DNA of 64,000 nt. It comes from Deltaproteobacteria bacterium (GTDB lineage Bacteria > Desulfobacterota > Syntrophia > Syntrophales > UBA8958). The stretch lies in the NCBI GenBank assembly GCA_026388335.1, contig JAPLJZ010000079.1, positions 2,586 through 66,585 of the forward strand, given 5' to 3'. Positions 37,523 through 45,192 of the stretch are shown piece after piece. Below the pieces are notes generated by a model, which did no database searches, was not told the DNA's origin, and was given only the letters and a program-made list of their open reading frames with translations. Position 1 is the stretch's first letter, and each line of letters starts with the position of its first letter. A program made the translations under genes and the position numbers.

Positions 37523-39739
37523 ATGACAGACAATGCATTGATCGCACTTGCCGATGAGATGGCCTCGGATTTCCTGTTTCTTAGCGGTCGCGAGGTGGAT
37601 ATACCTGCCGCGGGCATGTTCCTTAATCAACTCGAAGGCGTAATGAAAGCGGCCGAGGAACATCAGTTGGGGCCGATCAAGACGGTGTCCTCGGGAATGA
37701 GTTTCCTTCTGGAAAAGATGATCCTCGATGCCGTGAAGGACAAGGAAGCAGGTTTTGCTGTCATCGAAAAAGGGATTACCATTATTCAGCAACTTGCCCA
37801 GGAATATCAGCTCTCCGGCAAGATCGAGGGTAGTATCGATACTTATCTGGAAACCCTTTCCAAGTTGATCGGCTTCGTACCGGAAGGGGCGCCAAAAAGC
37901 GAAGATTCAGCAGCACCGGTGGAACAGGAGAAACAGGACCGGCCCGATGATATAACCCCCGATGGTATAACGGAAGTTCAGGACATGTCGCTCCTGAAGG
38001 ATTTTATTACCGAGTCTCTCGAATATATTGATGAGATTGAGGTCAACATCCTGAATCTCGAGCAGGATACTGAAAATAAAGAATATATAAACGCCATTTT
38101 CAGACCCTTTCATTCCATCAAGGGGGTCGCGGGCTTTCTGAATCTGGACGAGATCAGAACTCTGGCCCACAGCCTGGAGAATCTTCTCGACAAGGCCAGA
38201 AACGGCGAGCTGGAAGTTTCGTCTGCGGTGATCGACGTTGTTCTCGAAGGAGCAGACACCTTGAAGGCCATGATCGTGCACTTGAAAAACGAGATGGAAG
38301 GTCGGCAGCTCCCGCCTCCATCGCTTGATATTAACGCCCTGAAAGAAAGAATCAAACAGGTTGAGTCCGGCGTCGAACCGCCCCCGCAACGAAAACGCGT
38401 CGGGGAGATTCTCGTGGAGGATGGAATCATTTCCCAAGCAGCCCTCGATGAGGGGCTGCAAACAGCGCAGGAGGTTCCGGGAAAGAAAATCGGTGAAGCG
38501 CTTATCAGCAAGGGCATTGCCACACCCAAACAGGTTTCCACCGCCCTGCGCAAACAAACGGAACAGGCTACGGACGCCACGATGATCCGCGTCGATATGC
38601 GCAAACTGGATGATATGATCGACATGGTCGGCGAACTGGTCATCACTCAGACGATCATTCAACAGGATGTTAAACATCATATCAGTTCAGACCGCAATCT
38701 CCATCGCGATATTTCTCAGCTTTCCCGGATCAGTTCTTCACTCCAGCGGGCCTCGACGGGCCTGCGCATGATCCCCATCAAGCAGACTTTCCAGCGCATG
38801 TCGCGCCTTGTTCGTGATCTTGCCAAGGGGGCCGGCAAGTCTGTCGTCATTGAACCGGTGGGTGAAGATACGGAAATTGATCGTAACATGGTCGATGAAA
38901 TATACAACCCCCTCGTGCATTTGGTGAGAAACGCCGTTGACCACGGCATCGATACCCCGGAGGAAAGAATCCGCAGCGGCAAACCGGAAAAAGGCCTGAT
39001 TGAACTGAAGGCCTATCATCGCGGCGGCAATATTGTCATCGAAATCAGCGACGACGGCAGGGGTCTTAATAAAGAAAAAATTTTACAGAAGGCCATCAAG
39101 AACGGCGTGGTCGGTGAGAACGACAATCTCACGGATTATGAAATCTACCGCCTGATCCTGTTGCCGGGACTCTCCACGGCGGAAAAGGTCACGGATATCT
39201 CCGGTCGCGGTGTGGGTATGGATGTGGTCAAACAGGCCGTGGAAAAACTGCGAGGCAAGATTGACATTACCTCGGTCCCCGGCAAGGGAACAACCTTTAT
39301 CACCAGCTTCCCACTGACAATGGCCATCATCGACGGGATGATCGTTAGAGTCGGCAAGGAGCGTTATATCCTGCCGACAACAGCGATTCGTCAGGCCCTG
39401 CGTCCGGCCAGGAAGGACTACACCAATATCATCGGCAAGGGTGAAATGATCACCGTTATGGGGCGACTCCTGCCACTCATAAGATTGGCCGATTTGTTTG
39501 GCATTGCGGCAAACAACCACGAGCCGTGGGATGCCATTACCGTCGTTGTGGAAGGGGAAGGTCGCGCCAAGTGCATCATGGTTGATGAGATCCTCGGAAA
39601 GGCAGAGGTCGTCATCAAAAGCCTTGGGGACGGCCTGAAAAACACCAAGGGAATATCCGGCGGCGCCATCCTTGGGGACGGCCAAATCGGTCTGATTATC
39701 GATCCGGAAGGATTGTTTGAACTGAGTGAAAACTTGTGA
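37523..39739 (+). CDS. cheA: Chemotaxis histidine kinase CheA with an N-terminal extension and an MshEN-like insert in place of P2
   Basis: 738 aa. The Hpt His is in FRPFHSIKGVAGF (His197). P3 begins IRVDMRKLDDMIDMVGELVI (about aa 353). The HATPase domain contains GRGVGMDVV and a CheW-like P5 domain follows. Residues 290-345 read RKRVGEILVEDGIISQAALDEGLQTAQEVPGKKIGEALISKGIATPKQVSTALRKQ. Confidence 0.9.
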   Translation: MTDNALIALADEMASDFLFLSGREVDIPAAGMFLNQLEGVMKAAEEHQLGPIKTVSSGMSFLLEKMILDAVKDKEAGFAVIEKGITIIQQLAQEYQLSGKIEGSIDTYLETLSKLIGFVPEGAPKSEDSAAPVEQEKQDRPDDITPDGITEVQDMSLLKDFITESLEYIDEIEVNILNLEQDTENKEYINAIFRPFHSIKGVAGFLNLDEIRTLAHSLENLLDKARNGELEVSSAVIDVVLEGADTLKAMIVHLKNEMEGRQLPPPSLDINALKERIKQVESGVEPPPQRKRVGEILVEDGIISQAALDEGLQTAQEVPGKKIGEALISKGIATPKQVSTALRKQTEQATDATMIRVDMRKLDDMIDMVGELVITQTIIQQDVKHHISSDRNLHRDISQLSRISSSLQRASTGLRMIPIKQTFQRMSRLVRDLAKGAGKSVVIEPVGEDTEIDRNMVDEIYNPLVHLVRNAVDHGIDTPEERIRSGKPEKGLIELKAYHRGGNIVIEISDDGRGLNKEKILQKAIKNGVVGENDNLTDYEIYRLILLPGLSTAEKVTDISGRGVGMDVVKQAVEKLRGKIDITSVPGKGTTFITSFPLTMAIIDGMIVRVGKERYILPTTAIRQALRPARKDYTNIIGKGEMITVMGRLLPLIRLADLFGIAANNHEPWDAITVVVEGEGRAKCIMVDEILGKAEVVIKSLGDGLKNTKGISGGAILGDGQIGLIIDPEGLFELSENL

Positions 39740-39819
39740 CAGGGCAGAACAAAACAGTATAAGAATATATTATCATACAAATATGACTCTTTAGAGTCAA
39801 TTAAAGGAGGAAATAGGTC

Positions 39820-40335
39820 ATGGCAGAGGACATAATAAAGGCAATGGATCAGGCAGTGAAGGCCATTTCCAATCGGGAGGGAAAATATCTTACCTTTACC
39901 CTGGCGGAAGAGGAATACGGCATCGGCATTCTGAAAGTAAAAGAGATTATCGGTATGATGACGATTACCACGGTCCCGCAAACGCCAGGATATGTAAAAG
40001 GCGTCATCAACCTCCGGGGGAAGGTTATTCCCGTTATCGATCTGCGGCTGAAATTCGGCATGGAAGCCATGGAATACACGGAAAGGACCTGTATCATCGT
40101 GGTGGAAATAACGGGACCTAACGCGAAAATTCCCATGGGCATCGTCGTCGATTCGGTATCGGAAGTCCTCAACATCAAGGCCGGCGACATCGAAGACACC
40201 CCGACCTTCGGCAGCAAAATGGACACCGCTTATATCCTCGGCATGGCCAAAACGGGAGGCGGCGTCAAAATTCTCCTCGATATCGACAAAGTCCTTAACT
40301 CGGAAGAGATGGGTCTTCTGGATCGCATGGCCTGA
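39820..40335 (+). CDS. cheW: Chemotaxis coupling protein CheW
   Basis: 171 aa with the CheW fold pattern (EEYGIGILKVKEIIGMMTITTVPQTPGYVKGVINLRGKVIPVIDLR). Confidence 0.9.
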   Translation: MAEDIIKAMDQAVKAISNREGKYLTFTLAEEEYGIGILKVKEIIGMMTITTVPQTPGYVKGVINLRGKVIPVIDLRLKFGMEAMEYTERTCIIVVEITGPNAKIPMGIVVDSVSEVLNIKAGDIEDTPTFGSKMDTAYILGMAKTGGGVKILLDIDKVLNSEEMGLLDRMA

Positions 40336-40522
40336 TCGTTTTTCACCATGAATGCGGCCTCACGGTCTCGCTGTGAAGTAGCGAATGTTTCACCCGGAGT
40401 ATGGCCCGGGCTGTCATAATTGAAATGAGAAGAGAGGGGGGGATAAATAGAAGCGGATTGGCTGTTTCAGAGGTAGATAACGATTTATTTAATCAATAAT
40501 ATTTAAGAAGGGGGAAAGAGGA

Positions 40523-40972
40523 ATGAAAAAAATCTTGATGGCGGTTATTATTTGTCTGCTTACAACGGGTTATGTATATGCTGCGGAAAAGGGAACGGCC
40601 AAGGAGGCCCAGGATCTCGTGGGGAAAGCCATTGCCTATTACAAGGCCAACGGCAAGGACAAGGCCTTTGCAGCCATTAATGAACCCAAAGGTCAGTTCG
40701 TCAAAAAGGATCTTTATGTCTTTGTCTTCGACTTCAATACGGTCTGCCTGTCCCACGGCGCCAACAAGGCGCTTATCGGCAAGAACCTGAAGGAACTCAA
40801 GGATACCAATGGAAAGCAGTTCATGAATGAAATGACCATTGGGGCCAAAACCAAAGGCAAAGGCTGGGTTGATTATAACTGGACAAACCCGACGACCAAG
40901 AAAATTGACGCCAAGTCAACCTATTACCAACGGGAGGGGGATTATTTCTTCTGCTGCGGGATCTATAAATAG
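40523..40972 (+). CDS. Secreted stand-alone single-Cache (sCache_2-like) protein, copy 1
   Basis: 149 aa with a signal peptide (MKKILMAVIICLLTTGYVYAA) and an sCache_2-like pattern (A.A.Y...G...AF..I......F....LYVFV.D.....L.H......G.N......D..G...........G.GWVDY.W.NP........K..Y......Y....GIY). Confidence 0.7.
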   Translation: MKKILMAVIICLLTTGYVYAAEKGTAKEAQDLVGKAIAYYKANGKDKAFAAINEPKGQFVKKDLYVFVFDFNTVCLSHGANKALIGKNLKELKDTNGKQFMNEMTIGAKTKGKGWVDYNWTNPTTKKIDAKSTYYQREGDYFFCCGIYK

Positions 40973-40988
40973 GAAAGTATCTGTTGTC

Positions 40989-41030
40989 TCAATGTATTCT
41001 ACCACCGAGGTCGGGGGCAGAATACATTGA
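40989..41030 (+). terminator. 12-bp perfect hairpin between the two Cache genes
   Basis: tcaatgtattct, an 18-nt loop, then agaatacattga, followed by ttgatt. The U-tract is weak. Confidence 0.35.
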
Positions 41031-41063
41031 TTGATTAAAACTAAAATAAAGGGGGGAAAATGG

Positions 41064-41513
41064 ATGAAAAAAATCTTGATGGCGGTTATTATTTGTCTGC
41101 TGACAACGGGTTATGTTTACGCTGCGGAAAAGGGAACGGCCAAGGAGGCCCAGGATCTCGTGACTAAAGCAATTGCCTATTACAAGGCCAACGGCAAGGA
41201 CAAGGCCTTTGCGGCCATTAATGACCCCAAAGGTCAGTTCGTCAAAAAAGACCTTTATATCTTTGTCATCGACTTCAATTCTGTCATGCTGGCCCACGGC
41301 GCCAACAAGGCCCTTATCGGCAAGAACCTGAAGGAACTCAAGGACAGCAATGGAAAGCAGTTCATTAATGAAATGACCCAAGCAGCCAAAACCAAAGGCA
41401 AAGGCTGGATTGATTATACATGGACAAACCCGGTGACCAAGAGGATCGAGCCCAAGTCATCCTATTTCGTGAAGGAAGGGGATATGTACTTCGGCTGCGG
41501 GATCTATAAATAA
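41064..41513 (+). CDS. Secreted stand-alone single-Cache (sCache_2-like) protein, copy 2
   Basis: I chose the start at 41064 (MKKILMAV...). It is 149 aa and is a close paralogue of 40523..40972. The first roughly 100 nt are almost identical; divergence is concentrated in the central and C-terminal parts. Confidence 0.7.
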   Translation: MKKILMAVIICLLTTGYVYAAEKGTAKEAQDLVTKAIAYYKANGKDKAFAAINDPKGQFVKKDLYIFVIDFNSVMLAHGANKALIGKNLKELKDSNGKQFINEMTQAAKTKGKGWIDYTWTNPVTKRIEPKSSYFVKEGDMYFGCGIYK

Positions 41514-41524
41514 CCGGCCAAGAC

Positions 41525-41563
41525 AATGCAGCCAGATAGACCCCCAGTCTGTCTGGCTGCATT
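41525..41563 (+). terminator. 16-bp stem hairpin (one G-U pair) between Cache copy 2 and the next MCP
   Basis: aatgcagccagataga, loop cccccag, then tctgtctggctgcatt. There is no U-tract. It ends 20 nt before the MCP ATG at 41583 and overlaps the longer track ORF start, which argues against that start. Confidence 0.45.
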
Positions 41564-41582
41564 AACAGAGGGGGAAGAGCAT

Positions 41583-43178
41583 ATGAGACGTATTATCAAC
41601 AACTTAAAGATGGCCAACAAGTTGATCCTGGCACCCATGACCGCCATTTTCTTTTTATTGGTGCTGGCCTATGTATCCTACTACGGACTTAGCGGGCAGA
41701 AGACGGCCATCGAGGATATCTTCAACAACCGCTTCAAGGCTTATCAGAGCAGTTCTGAACTAGTAAAAACCATCGCCAATGTTCATGCCAATCTCTACAA
41801 GGTCATCAGTTGGGCAGGGGCAAATATAGGCGCGGAAAAGACCGAGGCCCTGGCCAAGGAACAGCGAAACGCTATGGAAAAGCTCCTTGGTCATATTCAG
41901 AATATCCTGAAATCAGAGACCCTCACCCAGGAAGAGAAAAAACTCTATCAGGACACCTTGCAGCAATTGAAGGACTATCAGACCCCGGCCATCGGAATCC
42001 TGGACATGGCCACGACGGATTTGAATGCCGCAACCATGTTCATGGCCAATACGGATGATAAATACCAGGTCCTCAACAAGACCCTGGGGCAGCTTATGGA
42101 GCTTGAAACCAGGCTCAGCAAGGAAAAATATGATGCGGCGATGACAAGCTATTCCGCCGTCCTGAAAATATTTGTGATTGTGATGATCATTGCCGTGCTC
42201 CTGTTTGTCGTGATCAACGTGTTCATGGCCCGCATCATTACCCAGCCCATCATGAAAACAATCGATGTTGTTCGCAGGGTAGCAGAAGGTGATCTTACTC
42301 AGGATATCGATGTGGATTCGAAGGACGAGATAGGTGAACTGGCCGACTCCGTGAACACCATGCAGAGTAAAATGGGAGAAGCAGTGGGTCAGTCTCTGAT
42401 GACTGCAGAGGTTTTGTCCGAGGCTGCCTCCGAACAGGCGGCCGCCATTGAGGAAACATCGGCGTCTCTGGATGAAATGGCGTCTATGACCAGGCGCAAC
42501 GCAAGCAACACCACCGAGGCCAACAGCCTGATGAACACGGCGAAACAGGCTATTCAAAAGGCGAATATCTCCATGGCTGATCTTACGGTATCAATGAAGC
42601 AGATCGCCTCGTCGAGTGAACAGACCCAGAAAATTGTGAAAAGTATCGATGAGATTGCCTTTCAGACCAACCTGCTGGCCCTGAATGCCGCCGTGGAAGC
42701 TGCCCGGGCCGGTGAGGCCGGCGCCGGCTTTGCAGTGGTTGCCGATGAGGTCAGGAATCTCGCCATGCGCGCCACCGAGGCGGCCCGGAATACCTCCGAG
42801 TTGATCGACGACATCGCCGTCAAGGTCAAAGGCGGAGATAGCCTGGTAAATACGACCAATGATGCCTTTCAGCAGGTGACCACGAGTTCGTCAAAGGTTG
42901 TGGAGCTGATGGCGGAGATTGCCGCCGCCTCCCAGGAACAGTCCCAGGGGATCGATCAGGTCAATCGCGCCGTGGCCGAGATGAACCAGGTCACCCAGCA
43001 AAACGCCGCCAGCGCCGAGGAACTGGCCTCGATTATGTCGATGTTCAAGACAAATTATGAGGGAGGACACACGGCAGGGGCATCAAAGGTGAAACGGTTG
43101 CCCGCTCCTGCGGCCCGGGGACTCTCCCGTGCAGTATCTCCCGAAAAGGCGATTCCCATGGGTGAAGATGACTTTTAA
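41583..43178 (+). CDS. Methyl-accepting chemotaxis protein (helical 4HB-type sensor, HAMP)
   Basis: I chose the start at 41583 ([10 protein letters not shown]...). It has two TM segments, a HAMP domain ([28 protein letters not shown]) and the MCP hairpin [40 protein letters not shown]. The C-terminus is GEDDF. Confidence 0.9.
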   Translation: MRRIINNLKMANKLILAPMTAIFFLLVLAYVSYYGLSGQKTAIEDIFNNRFKAYQSSSELVKTIANVHANLYKVISWAGANIGAEKTEALAKEQRNAMEKLLGHIQNILKSETLTQEEKKLYQDTLQQLKDYQTPAIGILDMATTDLNAATMFMANTDDKYQVLNKTLGQLMELETRLSKEKYDAAMTSYSAVLKIFVIVMIIAVLLFVVINVFMARIITQPIMKTIDVVRRVAEGDLTQDIDVDSKDEIGELADSVNTMQSKMGEAVGQSLMTAEVLSEAASEQAAAIEETSASLDEMASMTRRNASNTTEANSLMNTAKQAIQKANISMADLTVSMKQIASSSEQTQKIVKSIDEIAFQTNLLALNAAVEAARAGEAGAGFAVVADEVRNLAMRATEAARNTSELIDDIAVKVKGGDSLVNTTNDAFQQVTTSSSKVVELMAEIAAASQEQSQGIDQVNRAVAEMNQVTQQNAASAEELASIMSMFKTNYEGGHTAGASKVKRLPAPAARGLSRAVSPEKAIPMGEDDF

Positions 43179-43208
43179 TGGCAGATGACTGAATAAATAA
43201 TTTTAAAA

Positions 43209-43240
43209 GGGCGGCTAATTTCTTTTGCCGCCCATTCTTT
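43209..43240 (+). terminator. Rho-independent terminator after MCP 2
   Basis: gggcggc, an 11-nt loop, then gccgccc, followed by attcttt. Confidence 0.5.
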
Positions 43241-43264
43241 AACAGATGAAACATCCATGACGGA

Positions 43265-44896
43265 TTGTCATCACAAAGAGTGGGGGAGAAATTGAACAAC
43301 TTCAAATTAAAAACAAAAATATTGGTAGCCTTTGTAGCGGTATCCATGGTTTTGGCTATCGGGGGTGGGGTCGGAATCTTCTTTCTTCACAAAAGCGCCC
43401 GGGCCGGCACAGCCATGTACGAGAACAATCTGAAATCTCTTAATGATATATCTAATGTTCTGAACTATTTCATGCAGTTGCGGGTAAGAGCGCTTTATCT
43501 GCAAGTGGAAAAGTTCGTTATGAAAGACGATAACCGCGCCGTGGCCAGCGCCGGCGCCATGAAGGAAATGGACAAGAAGATCATGGGGCTGGTCGCGGAA
43601 TACGAAAAGCGCGTTGATCAGCAGAACAAGGGTTTCTATGGAGACTTCAAGAGTCAACTGACCAAATATATAGAAACGCGAAGCAAGATGGACGAACTCA
43701 TCGTCGCCGGCAATCAGGCCGAGGCCATGGACTACATGCTCGGTACCGTGACCCCCCAGGGGGCAAAGGTCCTCCAGATGTTCGACCAACTCTATGAAAC
43801 AGAAGTGAAAAACGCCCAGGCCAAGGCCGAGGAAAACAGTGCACTCACGAAGTGGGCCTCCTGGTTCATGGGATTGTCAACCGCCGGCGGCATCGCCTTT
43901 TTCATCTTTCTCGGATTCATCCTGACCAGGGTCATCACCCTGCCGATCAATCGCGTCGTCACGGGTATGTCGGAAGGGGCGGAACAGGTGACGTCTGCTT
44001 CCACGCAAGTCGCTTCCGCCAGCCAGAGCCTGGCCGAGGGGGCATCCGAACAGGCATCAGCTCTTGAAGAAACCTCCGCATCCCTCGAAGAACTCTCGTC
44101 CATGACCCAAAGAACCCTCGATAACGCCGATAGCCTCAATAAATCCGGCGATATCACTTTTGGACTTATGAAAAGCAGCCACAAGGCCCTGAAGGAGACG
44201 GACGCCTCCATGAAGCGGATCGGCGAATCCAGTGAAAAGGCATCGAAGGTTGTCAAGGCGAGCGATGAAATCGCCTTCCAGATCAATCTCCTCGCCCTCA
44301 ACGCCGCCGTTGAAGCGGCAAGGGCGGGCGAAGCGGGATCAGGGTTTGCCGTTGTCGCCGAAGAAGTCAGAAACCTGGCGAAAAAATCCGCCGAAGCGGC
44401 GAAAAATACCGAAGTCATTATTGGCGAAATGTCCACGCTTATTGACGACGGTATGTCCCATGTAAAAAATACCCTTGAATCCTTCCATGCCATGGGGGAT
44501 GAAGGCAAAAATACCAACAGTATGATCAAGGAGATTCATCAGGCATCTCAGGAACAGATGCAGGGGATTCAACAGATCGCAACGGCCGTCGGCAATATGG
44601 ATAAAGTGACCCAGGCGACAGCCGCCAGTGCTGAGGAATCGGCCAGCGCCGCCGAGGAATTGAACGCCCAGGCCCAACAGATGAAGGCTTTTGTGGGGGA
44701 ATTAATCGCCGTGATCGGCAGCAGCAACGGTAACACCATAGCCGTAACAGGAGCTTTGCCATATCAACGGTCAAGCAATCCTGATAAGAAGAAAATCATC
44801 GCTCCGGGAAGGCGGCCAGCAGCGGCGACGGGCGCCAAGGGTGTTCGTCCCGATCAGCTTATTCCTCTGGAAGAAAAAGATTTCCAGGATTTTTGA
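43265..44896 (+). CDS. Methyl-accepting chemotaxis protein (helical sensor, no obvious HAMP)
   Basis: 543 aa with the MCP hairpin [40 protein letters not shown] and a C-terminus DFQDF. The start is uncertain: TTG at 43265, or TTG at 43292 giving (M)NNFKLKTK. Confidence 0.85.
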   Translation: MSSQRVGEKLNNFKLKTKILVAFVAVSMVLAIGGGVGIFFLHKSARAGTAMYENNLKSLNDISNVLNYFMQLRVRALYLQVEKFVMKDDNRAVASAGAMKEMDKKIMGLVAEYEKRVDQQNKGFYGDFKSQLTKYIETRSKMDELIVAGNQAEAMDYMLGTVTPQGAKVLQMFDQLYETEVKNAQAKAEENSALTKWASWFMGLSTAGGIAFFIFLGFILTRVITLPINRVVTGMSEGAEQVTSASTQVASASQSLAEGASEQASALEETSASLEELSSMTQRTLDNADSLNKSGDITFGLMKSSHKALKETDASMKRIGESSEKASKVVKASDEIAFQINLLALNAAVEAARAGEAGSGFAVVAEEVRNLAKKSAEAAKNTEVIIGEMSTLIDDGMSHVKNTLESFHAMGDEGKNTNSMIKEIHQASQEQMQGIQQIATAVGNMDKVTQATAASAEESASAAEELNAQAQQMKAFVGELIAVIGSSNGNTIAVTGALPYQRSSNPDKKKIIAPGRRPAAATGAKGVRPDQLIPLEEKDFQDF

Positions 44897-44911
44897 TCTA
44901 TTTGTTCCGAT

Positions 44912-44951
44912 AAGGGAAGGGCGGCGGTGATCCCACTGCCGCCCTTCCCTT
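44912..44951 (+). terminator. Strong 14-bp GC-rich hairpin after MCP 3
   Basis: aagggaagggcggc, a 12-nt loop, then gccgcccttccctt. It lies 16 nt after the stop and has no clear U-tract. Confidence 0.55.
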
Positions 44952-45192
44952 ATATTACCTTCTTCCTCATATATCTATTCAATATTATAGGGAATGTCCA
45001 GAGAGACAACTGTAGCAAGAACTTCGGCTTTCGCTAAACAATATCAGATACTTGAACTATTCCGGCGTCTGGAATAGTTGTTCGACTGAGATACTTGTTG
45101 CCATCTTGACATTTTGAGATACAGGCGTTAGATAGTTTACTTGAATTTTTTCTCATCCAAACGCCCTTCGGGCAAACGCTGAGGGTATCCAA

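Noticed and set aside
37907-39981. Several 180-260-aa minus-strand ORFs opposite cheA
   Set aside because: They overlap a high-confidence CheA frame that carries the Hpt, HATPase and CheW-like motifs. The antisense frames have no recognisable domains.
40523-41513. Possibility that the tandem Cache genes are an assembly duplication artefact
   Set aside because: The copies differ at many positions, including non-synonymous changes, and have different intergenic flanks. They are real paralogues.
41526-41582. Upstream ATG start for MCP 2 ([13 protein letters not shown]...)
   Set aside because: These codons are the two arms of a 16-bp hairpin. The downstream ATG at 41583 gives a typical MCP N-terminus.
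45040-45130. Recurrent AGATACTTG-like words and a 9-bp inverted repeat upstream of the first hybrid kinase
   Set aside because: The words are short and imperfect, and I cannot distinguish them from chance in an AT-rich intergenic region without statistics.
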